Below the pieces are notes generated by a model. That model was not told where the DNA came from. It saw only the letters and a list, made by a program, of their open reading frames with translations, and searched no databases. Of a stretch of DNA of 64,000 bases, positions 44,091 to 63,040 are shown piece by piece; position 1 is the stretch's first letter; each line of letters starts with the position of its first letter. The position numbers were made by a program, and so were the translations under genes. The stretch lies in the NCBI RefSeq assembly GCF_009914755.1, contig NC_060931.1; one strand, written 5' to 3'. This DNA comes from the human T2T-CHM13v2.0 reference genome, Homo sapiens.

Positions 44091-47000
44091 TCCCATGTTC
44101 TTTCTTTGTATTCTATTATATGGCCTTACTATTGGGACAGAAACCCATATGATGAAAATTGTACACAGATTCTTCTCAGGCTTCCCCAAAGCAAAAAGGC
44201 GATATTGAGAAAGCTCCATAAGCGAGGAGCTGGAAATTTTTCAGTCTTGATGGAGACTGTGCCCCTAGCTATGTGATCATAAGCAAGTACTTAACATATT
44301 TTGTCTTTAGTTTTTTCATTTTTGAAATGGAGACCATATTATTTTAGAGCTTTATAATTAAAATAATATTACCAACATGAATCTTTTACCTGGAAAAAAG
44401 ATCTATAATTGTATCACTATTATTCTCAATGCATACATGCAGTAATATGATGCACATTTATTGGGTTAAAATATTTTTTAAACCTTCTAACAATCACCCT
44501 TTCTGTCTGTCACTGAAAAAATTAACATGAATTGCTTAAAGCGTTTTTATAATTGACAGGCAAAAATTTTGTAAATGGAAGATAAAAATCCATGAGTCTA
44601 GACTGTAATTCTAAGTATGCTTATGTAAATTGCCACAATTGTTATTCTAAGTCTGAGTAATCTGATGGGTGTCTGCCAACTGATATCAACAAAAACTTGT
44701 CAAGTGTTAAATCATGATTAAAAACTATGAAAGTCATATGTTTTCTTTTTTATATTAATAATTTTAAAGGATAAAGTTTGTTTTTTAAAATCAAGTAACT
44801 GAATTCCTGGCTGTTTTAAATTTGTAAAAAATTTATATGACATTTTGTCCTATTTTGTCAACTAGAAATATAAATTGAGATATGATACTTTTATATTTAA
44901 GACATTTTTAGGAGGATTACATAAACAGTTCTAATCTGAATTCATGTATAACTTCTAAAAATCCCATGGACTTTTTCAGTTCCTACTTTGCCAATCTTTA
45001 AAAAACGCTATCTTGTTTGATTTTCACCAAATCTTATGTTATATGTAGGTTTTAATATATCCAAGTTACAGGTGAGGAAATTGAGGCCTAGACATAAATA
45101 AAATGTCCTGTGTTACAAAACTTGCCAGTAAATGACTGTTAGGATTTACACTGGGATTTTTAAATTGAGGTGTTTGTTCAAAGATAATACATTCTTCCAT
45201 TCAAAATTTCTGGGTTAATTTTAAAAAATGATGAGAATTCGTAATGTACTTGTAAACTTCTTGTCATGATAGTAATTAACATAGCTACTATAAGTTGCTT
45301 TAAAAAAATGTAACCCATGAGCAAGGGGGGTATCTTAAAGTTCAGTTTGACATCTCAAAATCATTTAATGTAATACCATGTTAATAGAATAAAGTTTAAA
45401 AATCACATTATTATTCCAATAGATGTAAAAAATGTTCGTTACAAAAGCTAACACCTATTCGTGTTAAAGGCTTAACAAACTTTGAATAGAAAGGAATTTT
45501 CTCAACACACACACACACACACACACAGCCATATTTGTGTATACTTGCAATGAACATGTGGAAAACAAAATTTAGAATACAATACCACTTATAATCACTT
45601 TAAATACTTATAATAAAAAAGAAATACCTAGGGATAAATCTAACAAAACATATTTAGAATTTTTGTACTGAAAATTACAAAATCTTGATGGAAAGAAATA
45701 AAGGAAGATTAAAATAAATAAAAAGATGTACCTTGTTTATGGATTGAAGATCTCGTATTGTTAAGATGACACCTCACCCCAAATTTCTCTATTGATTTAA
45801 TGTCACACCTGTCAAAATCCCAGCCAGCTTTTTGTAGAAATTGGCCATCTGAGCTACAATTATATTTCATATATTACATTATATGAAAATGTAATGAACT
45901 GGAATTGCCAGAACAGTTTTGAAAATGAACAAAGTAGGAAGACTTACACTACTTAATTTCAGAAACTTTGTATAAAGCTACAGAGATCAAGACAGTATGT
46001 TATAGTTGTGAAAATAAACATATTGATTCACAGCATAGAATGGAAAGTTCAAAAATGAACCCTGACATTTGTGGGCAGTTGATTTTTAATAAGTTGCAAG
46101 GCAATTCAATGGAGAAATAACTTTTTCAATAAATGGTGCTATGACAATTGGATATTCAAATGCAAAAAGATATACACCCTTATATAATAATATACACAAA
46201 TTTCAACTCAAAATTGATCAAAGACCTCAGTGTAGGAGATAAAAGTTAAAACTTCTGGAAGGAAATCTGGTAGAAAATTTTGTGTCCTTGGATTACACAA
46301 ATATTTCATAGATATGACAGCAAAAACGTAATATATAAATGAAAATCAATAAATTGGAGTTGTCCTCTTAAAAAGACACCATTAAAGAAATGAAAAGACA
46401 AGTCACAAATTGGTAGAAAATATTTCCAAATAATATATTGGATAAAGGATTTATATTAAAAATATATAAAGAGGTCCAAAACTCAATGATGAAAAGACCC
46501 CCACAATTTTTTTAAATGGGGAATTTATTTGAATAGACATTTCAGCAAAGAAATATATGAATGGCGAAGATGGCCAAATAGGAACAGCTCCAGTCTACAG
46601 CTCCCAGCGTGAGCGATGTAGAAGACAGGTGATTTCTGCATTTCCAACTGAGGTACCAGGTTCATCTCACTGGGAAGTGTTGGAAAGTGGGTGCAGGACA
46701 GTGAGTGCAGTGCACCGAGCATGAGCCAAATCAGGGCGAGGCATCGCCTCACCTGGGAAGCGCAAGAGGTCAGGGAATTCCCTTTCCTAGTCAAAGAAAG
46801 GGGTGACAGACGGCACCTGGAAAATCAGGTCACTCCCACCCTAATACTGTGCTTTTCCAATGGTCTTAGCAAACGGTACACCAGGAGATTATATCCCGTG
46901 CCTGGCTCTGAGGGTCCTACACCCGCGGAGCCTCACTCATTGCTAGCACAGCAGTCTGAGGTCAAACTGCAAGGTAGCAGCGAGGCTGGGGGAGGGGCAC

Positions 47001-47581
47001 CCGCCATTGCCCAGGCTTGAGTAGGTAAACAAAGTGGCCGGGAAGCTCAAACTGGGTGGAGCCCACTGCAGCTCAAGGAGGCCTGCCTGCCTCTGTAGAC
47101 TCCACCTCTGGGGGCAGGGCATAGCCAAACAAAAGGCAGCAGAAACCTCTGCAGACTTAAATGTCCCTGTCTGACAGCTTTGAAGAGAGTAGTGGTTCTC
47201 CCAGCACGCAGCTGGAGATCTGAGAATGGACAGACTGCCTCCTCAAGTGGGTCCCTGACCCCCGAGTAGCGTAAGTGGGAGGCACCACCCAGTAGGGGCA
47301 GACTGACACCTCACATGGCCAGTTACTCCTCTGAGACAAAACTTGCAGAGGAATGATCAGGCAGCAACATTTGCTGTTCACCAATACCTGCTGTTCTTCA
47401 GCCTCTGCTGCTGATACCCAGGCAAACAGGTCTGGAGTGGACCTCCAGCAAACTCCAACAGACCTGCAGCTGAGGGTACTGAATGTTAGAAGGAAAACTA
47501 ACAAACAGAAAGGACATCCACACCAAAAACCCATCTGTACGTCATCATCATCAAAGACCAAAGGTAGATAAAACCACAAAG

Positions 47582-48597
47582 ATGGGGAAAAAACAGAGCA
47601 GAAAAACTGGAAACTCTAAAAATCCGAGTGCCTCTCCTCCTCCAAAGGAATGCAGCTCCTCACCAGCAACGGAACAAAGCTGGACAGAGAATGACTTTGA
47701 CAAGTTGAGAGAAGCAGGCTTCAGACGATCAAACTACTCCGAACTAAAGGAGGAAGTCCGAACCCATGGCAAAGAAGTTAAAAACCTTGAAAAAACATAG
47801 ACAAATGGCTCACTAGCATAACCAGTGCAGAGAAGTCTTTAAAGGACCTGATGGAGCTGAAAACCAAGGCACAAGAACTACATGACGAATGTACAAGCCT
47901 CAGTAGCCAATTCGATCAACTGGAAGAAAGGGTATCAGTGATGGAAGATCAAATGAATGAAATTAAGTGAGAAGAGAAGTTTAGAGAAAAAAGAATAAAA
48001 AGAAATGAACAAAGCCTCCAAGAAATATGGGACTATGTGAAAAGACCAAATCTACGTCTGATTGGTGTACCTGAAAGTGACGAGGAGAATGGAACCAAGT
48101 TGGAAAACACTCAGCAAGATATTACCCAGGAGAAGTTCCCTAATCTAGCAAGGCAGGCCAACGTTCAAATTCAGGAAATACAGACAACACCACAAAGATA
48201 CTCCTCGAGAAGAGCAACTCCAAGACACATAATTGTCAGGTTCACCAAAGTTGAAATGAAGGAAAAAATGTTAAGGGCAGCCAGAGAGAAAGATTGGGTT
48301 ACCCACAAAGGGAAGCCCATCAGACTAACAGTGGATCTCTTGGCAGAAACCCTACAAGCCAGAAGAGAGTGGGGGCCAATATTCAACATTCTTAAAGAAA
48401 AGAATTTTCAACCCAGAGTTTCATATCCAGACAAACTAAGCTTCATAAGTAAAGGAGAAATAAAATACTTTACAGAAAGGCAAATGCTGAGAGATTTCTG
48501 TCACCACCAGGCCTGCCATACAAGAGACCCTGAAGGAAGCACTAAACATAGAAAGGAACAACTGGTAACAGCCACTGCAAAAACATGCCAAGTTGTA
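47582..48597 (+). pseudogene. Disrupted L1 ORF1 (RNA chaperone)
   Basis: Starts MGKKQSRKTGNSKN; broken near 47800 and again before the end; KRPNLRLIGVPE...ARREWGPIF present in ORF 48037-48609. Confidence 0.93.
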
Positions 48598-48661
48598 AAG
48601 ACCATCTAGGCTAGGAAGAAACTGCATCAACTAACGAGCAAAATAACCAGCTAACATCATA

Positions 48662-52485
<3,824 letters not shown>

Positions 52486-53232
52486 ACAATGAGAACACAT
52501 GGACACAGGAAGGGGCATATCACACACTGGGGCCTGTTGTGGGGTTGGGGAAGGGGGGACGGATTGCATTAGGAGATATACCTAATGTTAAATGACGAGT
52601 TGCTGGGTGCAGCACACCAGCATGGCACATGTATACATATGTTACTAACCTGCACATTGTGCACATGTACCCCAAAACTTAAAGTATAATAATAATAAAA
52701 AAAGAAATATATGAATGGCTAATAAGACCATGCAATGGTTTTCAAAGTTGTTAATCATAAAGGACATGAAAATTAAAAACCACAGTGAGCTATTACTGCA
52801 CACCCAGTATAACGGTTATAATTGAGGGGACCAACAATACCAAGTGTTTCATATGGAATAATGGAACCCTTAAACATAGCTGTTGGGAATATCTGCTTGT
52901 GGTACCCCCACTTTGGAAAATAGTTTGACTGTTTTTTAAAGGTTAAATATTAAATTATCATATGACCCAGTGACTTCACTCCTGGGTATTGTCTACCCAA
53001 GAGAGATGAAAACATACTTCCACATGAAGACATTTACCTAAGTGTTTCCAGTATTATTATGCAGAATAGCCAAAATCTGGAAACAAGTTAAATGTCCATC
53101 AACTGTTGAGTTGATAAATAAAATATGGTATATTTGTACAGCAGTAAAAAGGAGCTAACTACTGATAACATGTTTGAACCTCATAAACACTGTGCTAAGT
53201 TAAATAACACTTGGTTGTATATACCAAGCGTA

Positions 53233-53309
53233 TTTTGTTTGTTTGTTTCTTTTGAGATGGAATCTTGCTCTGTCGCCCAGGCTGGAGTGCAGTGGCACAA
53301 TCTCAGCTC
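53233..53309 (-). mobile_element. Short Alu 3' fragment
   Basis: (GTTT)n tail plus about 56 bp of antisense Alu right-arm end; no TSD seen. Confidence 0.88.
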
Positions 53310-53501
53310 CCAGAACTTTCCAGAAAAAGTTGCCTGGGACGAGCTGGGAGCAAGGATTGACAGTGAACTGTTACAACTCTCTGGTGTAGGGAAAATGTGT
53401 CAGTTCTGGATTGTGCTTATAGTTGGGCAACTGTATAATAATTTACTGAAAACTATTGAATTGTATGCATACAACTGGTGGGTTTTACCATGGATAAATT
53501 A

Positions 53502-53838
<337 letters not shown>

Positions 53839-54573
53839 TTAATGTAATGTAATATAAATAATAGTTAGGGTCCGAAGAATGTAAAACAAACAAATCTGAG
53901 TTATGGCATTGGTTGCAGAACTCTGTATAGTTACTAAAAAGCACTGAATTTTATACTTACGGGTGGTATATTTTATGGTTTGTAAATTATAGCTCACCTA
54001 CATTTTCTCCTAATTTTATTAAAATACCGATTTATAGGTTTAGCCAAAAAAGAAGAAAATTCAAGTGTCAACATTAGTGATTTAATATCTTTATCTATTT
54101 CTCTTTCTTCCAAATTCTCTAAATATGTGTTACTTTTATTATCAGAAATAAAACTTTTGTTGACTCTAAACTTCTGTAACTGATACCTCCTAGTCTCAAA
54201 GATCTTAAAATTTATTAGTAAAGAAAGATGTATAATTGGTTGAATTATAGGACTGTAATTGCCAAAGTCTGTTGAAGGGAAAGAGTGAGATAGAAATCGT
54301 GGGTAAATTAAAAGAGCTTTGAAACTGATAGAAGAGGTGGCCCTTGAGTAAGTACTCTTACAGTCGGAAGGAAAGTTTCAGGGGTCTCTTGTTGATGCTA
54401 TCCAGCTGTCCTGTCATTACAAAAAACATGAGCCACATTTTACATCAGAGCTTTTTTTTAAAAAAATTATCATTCCTGTCAATTTTTGACAAATAATTTT
54501 AATCACAAAATACTTGTTTAGCGAGAGAAAATAACCCAATATGAGCAAAAAACAAAAATAAAAACTACATTGT

Positions 54574-54961
<388 letters not shown>

Positions 54962-55370
54962 CTACATCTCAGAAGAAGGACTCTCTTGCCTTTTTAAAAT
55001 TTGAGTCTTCCTCAGCTCTGCTTTGAGCATCCTTCAAGGTCATGTTAGTGCTGCCTCTTCCCTGAAATCTTTCTGGCTTTCATAGAAACAATCTTTTTCT
55101 TTCTTTTTACTTTTTGTTCATTTTTGTTGTTGTTGTTTTATTTGTGTACACTTACCTTTTAGCACTTACTACATTGTACTTTATGATACAGTCAATTGTG
55201 TTCAATTATAAACTATTGCCAACTTAGGGCTTTATGTTCTAAGGGTTGTGGTGTGAACCAAGCACTGACTAGTAATATCCAAACTCTTTTCCTATTGCCA
55301 TCAAAATGGAACTAAACCAGAGTGCAGTTTGTGTTTCAATATAATTTAAGCAGTAATGAAAATGGCCATA

Positions 55371-56165
55371 TCAACAAACATATGAAAAAAAGCTCATCAT
55401 CACTGGTCATTATATAAATGTAAATCAAAACCACTATGAGATATCATCTCATGCCAGTTAGAATGGCAATCATTAAAAAGTCAGGGAACAACAGATGCTG
55501 GTGAGGCTGTGGAGAAATAGGAACACTTTTACACTATTGGTGGAGTGTAAATTAGTTCAACCATTGTGGAATGCAGTATGGCAATTCCTCAAGGACCTAG
55601 AACCGGAAATAACATTTGACCCAGCAGTCCCATTACTGGGTATATACCCAAAGGATTATAAATCATTTTACTATAAAGACACATACACACATATGTTTAT
55701 TGTGGCATTATTCACAATAGCAAAGACTTGGAACCAATCCAAATGCCCATCAACGATAGACTGGATAAAGAAAATGTGGCACATGTATACCATGGAATAC
55801 TATGCAGCCATAAAAAAGAATGAGTTCATGTCTTTTGCAGGGACATGGATGAAGCTGGAAGCCATCATTCTCAGCAAACTAACACAGAAACAGAAAACCA
55901 AACACTGCATGTTCTCACTCATAAGTGGGAGTTGAACAATGAGAACACATGGACACAGGGAGGGTAACTTCACACACTGGGGCCTTTCCGGGGATGGGGG
56001 GTAAGGGGAGGGGGAGAATCAGGACAAACACCTAATGCATGCGGGGCTTAAGACCTAGAAGATGGGTTGATAGGTGCAGCAAACCACCATGGCACGTGTA
56101 TGCCTATGTAACAAACCTGCATGTTCTATACATGTATCCCAGAACTTAAAATTTTTTTAAAAAAA
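55371..56165 (+). mobile_element. 5'-truncated L1PA (L1PA7/8-like)
   Basis: ORF 55495-55935 is the ORF2 C-terminus, followed by 3' UTR; TSD-like aaaatggccata/aaaagggccata. Confidence 0.93.
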
Positions 56166-58930
56166 GGGCCATAGTGGTTTCTGAATGAAAAGAGTTAGAG
56201 ATCACTGATGTGGTCATGGCAGACATGGGATTTGGGCTGAGCCTTCAAACGTAGATAAAATTCCTATAAACATAAATGAACAGAGAAAGACATAACTGCC
56301 AGGGCAGCTGGCTGGAGTAGGACTAGTACTTCCACTCCACATCAACCAACACCACCACCAGTTTGGCTGGCATAGAGAGAATTAAATATCTTGCTAGTAG
56401 GGTGTGTGGGTTGCTCGTGAAAGTTTTCTAATGAAAACTCGAGCTGCTCAGATGTTCACTGTTATTCTACTAAAAAGATAATCTGGGTATTGTTCTGTGC
56501 GGTGTCAGTTTCTAGGACTTATTTTCTTTATACTTGTTGTTTGTTACTATTCCTTTTGTTACTTTGGCATGAATTTAATTATTGACACTGGATCATTAAT
56601 GTGGCCAGGGCATTTGGGATGATTGGTCAGGAGACCCAGGGATCTGTAAGAAAATGTCATCCTGGGAAAGAGGAGATATAACAAGATATTGAAGATTGTG
56701 TCCAGTTCAGGGATATTAGTAAATTCTGAGAAAGATTTGAGTATCTTCAGCGAGGGTGAGTTTGAGGTTGATAGGACTACGTACAGAAACAGGGAAGTCA
56801 GACGTGGCAACAGTTTTAGGGCCAAAGTGACTGAATTCATGTGGTATATACTGAAACTGAGGTGATAACCATTTATCCCAGTAAATCACTGAATCTGAGG
56901 ATATAAAAGCTGAAAAGAGCATTAGTGGTGATGTAATCTGTTCCCACCATTTTACAAGAGAACAAGTGAGTCCTAGAGCGAGTAGGTAGTTTGAACTACC
57001 AAGATCAGGAGTGAAAGTCGTATGAGTCATCACTGCAGAGAAGATGGTCAGAGATCTGGCAGTGAATCACTTAGTTAAAATACAGCTCTCACCACAGATT
57101 ATATCTGATCTTGGTGTGAAGTGCCAAAAAACACGTCATTCAGATCTCTCTGTATTTTATATTTTCTCCTGACATTTTGGAATGTGGTGGAACTCTTCAA
57201 AAGACTATCAAATAATTCCTATTTTAATTTTATAAAAGGAAAATTAATAGCATATGTGGGGAAAATGTACCATATAGTACATTGTGGGAAAAGTGTAGAA
57301 GTAGAGAATTAAGGGAAATTTTAGTATGGGTCATTTATATATTTTGGACACATGCCATTTCAGTCAAGTCCTTGAGTATACCCGTAAGAATCGAATTGAT
57401 AATCGTACTTTTAAAAACCCTAGCAACCTGAACAGGACCCAAGAAATAGAATTAAAGAAAATAATAAGCCAGAACTTGGCGGTGGTTCTGTTATCTGTGA
57501 GCTTGACACTCTTTCCTTTTTGTCCTAAAGTTTCAGACTGGAATGGGCAGGAATCAACAGCAGTGGTCAGTTTTAATGATGCTAACTTGGTGTAACAAAA
57601 TTATTTAGGATTATAAAATTTTCTTGATAGAGACTGAGATTAGTTTTTCTGTAGGAATTTTTGTTTGTTTGTTTGTTTTAAGAATTGATCCAGTTTCTGT
57701 GATGAACAGCAGATTGGTGGAGCTGGCTTATTTAGAATGACCTGTGTAATATTTTTTAAAAGTTCTAAATGCATAGTAGTCTCTTAGTAAGTGGTTGTCT
57801 CTGTTGTTACTTTCTAAATGCCTTTGATTAAATTGTAAGATTGTAAGCCGTTAGGAAGCAGTTCAACATTTCTACTCTCAGGGACTTCCAAGGTTGATTT
57901 GGATCTGGAGTAGCTCTTCTCCTCTGCCTGTTTTATGTTAATACATTTGGATTATTCCGGATGGTTCATGGTGGGTAAGGGAACCAATCTCCCACCATCT
58001 ACCCTTTCTAACCAGCAGACTGTAAGCCCACAGAATTGATTACCAGACAGATTCACACCTAAGCCCATCTGACTCTTAAAGCACAGCTCTTAACACTAGG
58101 AAGTGCTGCTTCCCGGAGGCAGGATTATAGAAGTTAAGACTTAACCCTGAAGTGATTTGCTAGTTGATTGGCCAGGAGCTGCAGACTGTTACCCCAACTC
58201 CTGCTCCAGATTTCCTTTCTTAGTCAAATGCACACAGTCCTCTCTAGCATAACTGTGAATGTGTTAGAAAACAATCAAAACTTGTCTGGCAATGATTCAC
58301 ACATAACCAATTAAGTCCTGGAAAAATGGATTAACCAGATATTAAACATTTTGCTGTTTCATGGGCAGTTAATATAGTGGAACTTATTTACATCACACGA
58401 TGGAAAAATTAGTGCAAAAAATATTTTTAAGTTGTTGCCTTATCAGGAGAGCTAAATCAAACTGAAAATGGGAAAACATGAAAGTTCAACTGCCAACCAC
58501 ACAAATTTGTTTTCAAATGCATGCTTAAATGTTTTCAGAACTGAGGAATCACTGGCAGTTTAGTTACAACTTGAATAACTATACTTCTGGATACTTCTTA
58601 TATTCCCAGAAGATTTCTGCCTCACTAATAGCTTATGGAAAATACTTGGCCAATAAGCTCATGCTATTATAATTTCAGATTTACTGAAACTATTAAAAAT
58701 GAAGTAAAAAATATTCTGAATAAGCAACGAGTAATAGTAAATTTGGTTTATTAGGAATAATTTCCTCTCAACTTTGAAATTTATGTATGTTATGGAAAAA
58801 TTACTGGCATTGAATTTGCAGTGTGTTTAATAGGAAGTCCTGCCTTCTTTAAGTAACACATTCATTAATCTGATATGTTTTCAGTAAAACAAAATCTTAA
58901 AACCCACAAAGAGCAAATGACCAATATTTT

Positions 58931-58989
58931 CTCTCTCTCTATGTGTGTGTGTATATATATGTGTGTGTGTGTGTGTATATATATATATA
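58931..58989. repeat. Compound (CT)n(TG)n(TA)n microsatellite
   Basis: Seen directly in the sequence. Confidence 0.92.
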
Positions 58990-60142
58990 ATTTGTTACTG
59001 AAACTTTTTATTTGCTGCCATAATATTATACATATTGCTGTATTTGGAGTAAAAATATGACTAGAGAAATATATGGGCATTTTTTTAGTGATTTGATAAA
59101 CCCGTGTGTTGCTTTTGGGCTTCATGAAGCATCTAGGCAAATTCTTTAAGTACAGTGATATATTGTTTTGGTCTGTGCATGGAGTTGTTACTGGAAACTT
59201 CATGTGTCATTGGAGAGCAATATATGGCCTTTTCTATTTCAGAGATGAAGTATAATGCAAAAGCAGATTTGAGATGACAGTCAAGAACTGAGATTTTCAA
59301 ACCTCTAGACTTTTTAAATGAAGAATATTTATTTTTCTTTGTTTACAAGGAAGTAACTGAAATGATTTGTTATGCATATGTGATCCAGAAGGTATCTAGC
59401 AAGTGTTCTTTAATGCTAGTATTTCCAGGTTACAGTTCCTTTCTGTTTACATGCACATAAATATACACATTGACACATTTCTGCAAATGAAATGCCTATT
59501 TTAGATAACTCATGTTTACTAACTGCAATTTGTGTTTTACATTTCCCTTTGGAGTTTTTTTTTTTTTAAATTTCATGGAAAGAAACATGTAGAAAATTGT
59601 GTTCTTTTTAATTACTGTAGGCCTGGTTGAGTTCATGGAATGACCCTAAGCAATTTGTAGTCTTTAAAGAAAAGAGAGAAGACATTACTTGAAGATTTTA
59701 AAACATGTAAAATGCATATATTAATGTAGAAAACCAGTTTTTTGATAGCTTTCAGTTTTGTGAGAAATGTTAGCCTTCCTCCAGTAGGAAGAAGAGGATT
59801 TGCAATACTTAACATTTCCTTTTCTCTGGATGGGCAACAGAATTATCATCTTTTAGACAATTTTGGTAAAATAATAATTCAATCAGGACTCAATAAGTTA
59901 AGAAAGTACACAGTAATTCAAGCATAGGAATTAATCTTCTGTAGAATTTTTCAAATAAATACTAGAATGTTTTAAAGGTTATCAGTTACCTTTCCAAATT
60001 TTTGGTCATCCTTAACATCATTTTGTCATTTGACACCATTTGCTACTACCACTGAACAACTGTCTCTTTCTGTAGTTTCATTATGCCACACATTCCTGAG
60101 GTTTTTGCGCCCCCACCCCCACTTTTTTGTATTTGAAGTTCC

Positions 60143-60282
60143 AAGGGTTGCCAGATTAGATTTTGTATGCCCAGTTAAATTTGAATTTCATATAAGAAGT
60201 TAATATATTTTTTAGTATGAGTATGACCCTTGCAGCACTTAACTGGGCATCCTGTATTTTTATTTGCTAAATATGGCATCTT
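60143..60282. mobile_element. MER53 (palindromic hAT MITE), internally deleted
   Basis: agggttgccagat...gcccagttaaatttgaatttca...ttaactgggcatcctgtattttt..tggca. Confidence 0.8.
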
Positions 60283-60386
60283 GAAGTCCTCTGTCTTCTC
60301 TAAGAAGGTTTTCCTCTCTTTCTGCTTCCTTGGGCATCCCACCAATCCAAGACCTTGATTCTCTTTACCTCCTGATGAGAGTGCAT

Positions 60387-60749
60387 TGATGTGGTTTGGC
60401 TCTGTGTCCCTACCCAAATCTCATCTCAAATTGTAATCCCCACATGTCAGAGGAGGGGCCTGGTGGGAGATGATTGGATCATGGGGTGGATTTCTCCCTT
60501 GCTGTTCTTGTAATAATGAGTGACTTCTTATGAGAGCTTTTGGTTTAAAAGTGACATTTTCCTGCCTCGCTCTGTCTCTCCTGCCACCATGTAAGATATG
60601 CCTTTCTTCTCCTTCACCTTCCGCCATGACTGTAAGTTTCCTGAGGCCTCCCCAGCCATGTGGAACTGTGAGTCAATTAAACCTCTTCTCTTTATAAATT
60701 ACCCAGTCTCAGGTAGTTCTTTATAGCAATGTGAAAACAGACTAATACA
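60387..60749 (+). mobile_element. MST solo LTR (MSTA-like)
   Basis: tgatgtggtttggctctgtgtcc...aacagactaataca. Confidence 0.9.
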
Positions 60750-61231
60750 TGTGTCTAACCTTATGGAACAAGTTGTCACCTCTTTGTGCTGATTTCCAGT
60801 CCACATCTCTAACCTTGCCTGATTTAGCCCCAAATTTCAGAAAACCTACTATAACTCTAGTTGCATCTGGTGCTAGTATCTCCAACTAAACATGACCAAG
60901 CTGAACTCTATTTTGAATGCTCCAGACCACGTATCCCAATTGCCTTCAGGGTTTACATTGTTTTCATTAACTGAAAGATATCAGTTTCTCAGGTTGTCTA
61001 TGCCAGGGTCATGTTAGACCCTCCTCACAAGACATCTCTCAACATGTTTGTAGAGTTTTCATCAAAATGGCTACCACTTCATCATCTGCTTTTGAGTTTC
61101 ATTGCTATTATCCTATTCAGTTATAAAGTATTGATGGTTCTTGGAGTAAGTTTCTTTTCTGGGCCCTTCTGATTATATGTCCCTTCTTTCACATTCCTCT
61201 ACATTCTGCTGCTAGATTAGTCTTCTTTCAT

Positions 61232-61745
61232 CACAGTCTCTTAGATCATGTTCCCTGGAAACCTATGTTGCATGCAGGTTTATTGGAGAATGATTCAGGA
61301 GACACAGCTATAAGGAAGTGAGAAAGGCAGGGTTGGGCAGAGAGAGTTGACCCACATGAAGTTGTACCTAAAACCTCAGGTGATCCTACAGAGTGTTCCA
61401 AGCTGGGATGAGTTTTTAGATTTGTCAAAAATTAAGGCCGAGGGCCAGGCCATTATGCCCGACCATGCTCTCCTGAATGACCTTTGAGGTCCATTTCAGA
61501 GTCCCTCTAATTTCTTTGTTCGTGTGGCTGTCCTTTGCTCTGTAACTGCCCTCTGAGTCTCCTCCTCTCTGCCTCCTCAAGGGCCTGGCTATGAGCAACT
61601 CACCCCATGAGAGGAGGCAGAAACTGGAGGAGGCTTCCACAGCTAAGATCTCTTTCCACCAAATGATACAGCTGTGGAGTAGCTGAAGGATGGGTCTGTT
61701 GGCACCAAAGAGGGCTGTGAGATGAGCTCCACAATGTTCACCACA
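61232..61745 (-). mobile_element. Old ERVL LTR (LTR33/LTR41-like)
   Basis: ggtttattggagaatg..aaggcagggttgggcagag..cctcaggtgatcctacagag resembles my recall of this group; subfamily uncertain. Confidence 0.5.
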
Positions 61746-62734
61746 ATCACTGTCAACATTTCACTTTCCTGCTTAGGGACCTTTGGTGTATTCCCTATAC
61801 TGCTTTATCAAGGTAAATGTTACTATTAGACTTCCGGGGTCCCATCATTATCTGACCCCACCTTGCCTGTCACTGAACCCAATTTCTCCCTATCTTCAGT
61901 GTCTCCCTCCAGTCCATTAAGGGTTACTCCTACCTGGAAAGTCTGCTCTTTAGCTTCCTTGAGACCCCTGCCCACTCATTGTCCATGCTGTACCTTCGTT
62001 CAGGCCTTAGGCCTTTGCTTCTGCTATCCTTCCTTCTGGAATGTCCCCTCTTCTCTAAGTCTTCTGTTCATCTTTAATCCCCTGCGGGTGAATCAATCCT
62101 GCTTATTATTAATACTGTGTAATTCTATTATTCATTGTATACTAGCTCTTATTTTTTCATTAGCTCCATGTATGCTGTTCTTGTCTTCAGTATTTATTTT
62201 GGACGATGAGACTGTTTTTGGTATTTTTGGCAGTATCTAGCAGAATGCTAGGCTCATAGTAGTGAATCAATGACTGCTTTACTCCTTGATTATATTTGTA
62301 TATGGCACGTCCAAAATATTAATACTGAAAGTGGTGAGATAAGATGGAGAGAGTTTTCTAGTAAGATTGTATTTGAGCTCCACTGGTGAACTTCCCTGAA
62401 AGAATTTCAGAGTTACATGTGTGTACGGGTTTGGGTGGCTCCTACATGGATGATCTGAAGTAAGAGCATGAATTAACAGCTGCTGTTTCCCTCTCCTCTT
62501 ATCTCACTTTAGTCTCCCACACTGTGCTGGGACCATTGCAGACTTGGAGTCTCTTCTCTGTGATTCCAGCCCACCTTTTGGAGTTCACTTCTTGTCCTGA
62601 TGCCCAGTGCTGTGCTCCCCTCCACTCCTTTTGCTGCCCAGTAACTCTCTTCCCTTACCTGCAGAGCAGCCTTTGCCCTGGACATTAGCACCATGCTCTG
62701 ACTCTTCCTGGCCAACTCTCCCCTTCAAAACTTA

Positions 62735-63040
62735 GGTGCATAAATGAATGAACTACATTTACATACAATAAAACATAATGTTGCCTGAAAAAAGGCAGAC
62801 ACAAAAGAGCACATAATGATTGTTGCAAAGATGGACAAAACTAATATCTGGTGTTGTAATCAGTATTGTAGTAACTCGTGGAAGGGGCAGTCTTTAGAAG
62901 GGATTATGAAAAGGCTTCTAGAATGCTAGGAATCTTTAATTTCTTGACCAGGTGCAGATTTCATGGATGTATAATGCTTGCACTGTGTACTTATGATTTG
63001 TGCTTCCTTGTATGTATGTTATACTCTGACAAAAAGTTTT
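62735..63040 (+). mobile_element. Old L1ME 3' end fragment
   Basis: aaacataatgttg..aaaaaggcagacacaaaaga...tcttgaccaggtg..tgtacttatgatttgtgc..tatgtatgttatact. Confidence 0.6.

Noticed and set aside
46933-47007. L1 antisense ORF0 (MAGAPPPASL...)
   Set aside because: The ATG is present at 47007 on the minus strand, but a TGA follows after 24 codons (46933-35), so ORF0 is truncated.
56570-56800. Possible L3/CR1 relic (also about 4100-4450 and 22800-23000)
   Set aside because: Similarity is too degenerate to support by eye; it needs an nhmmer/Dfam search.
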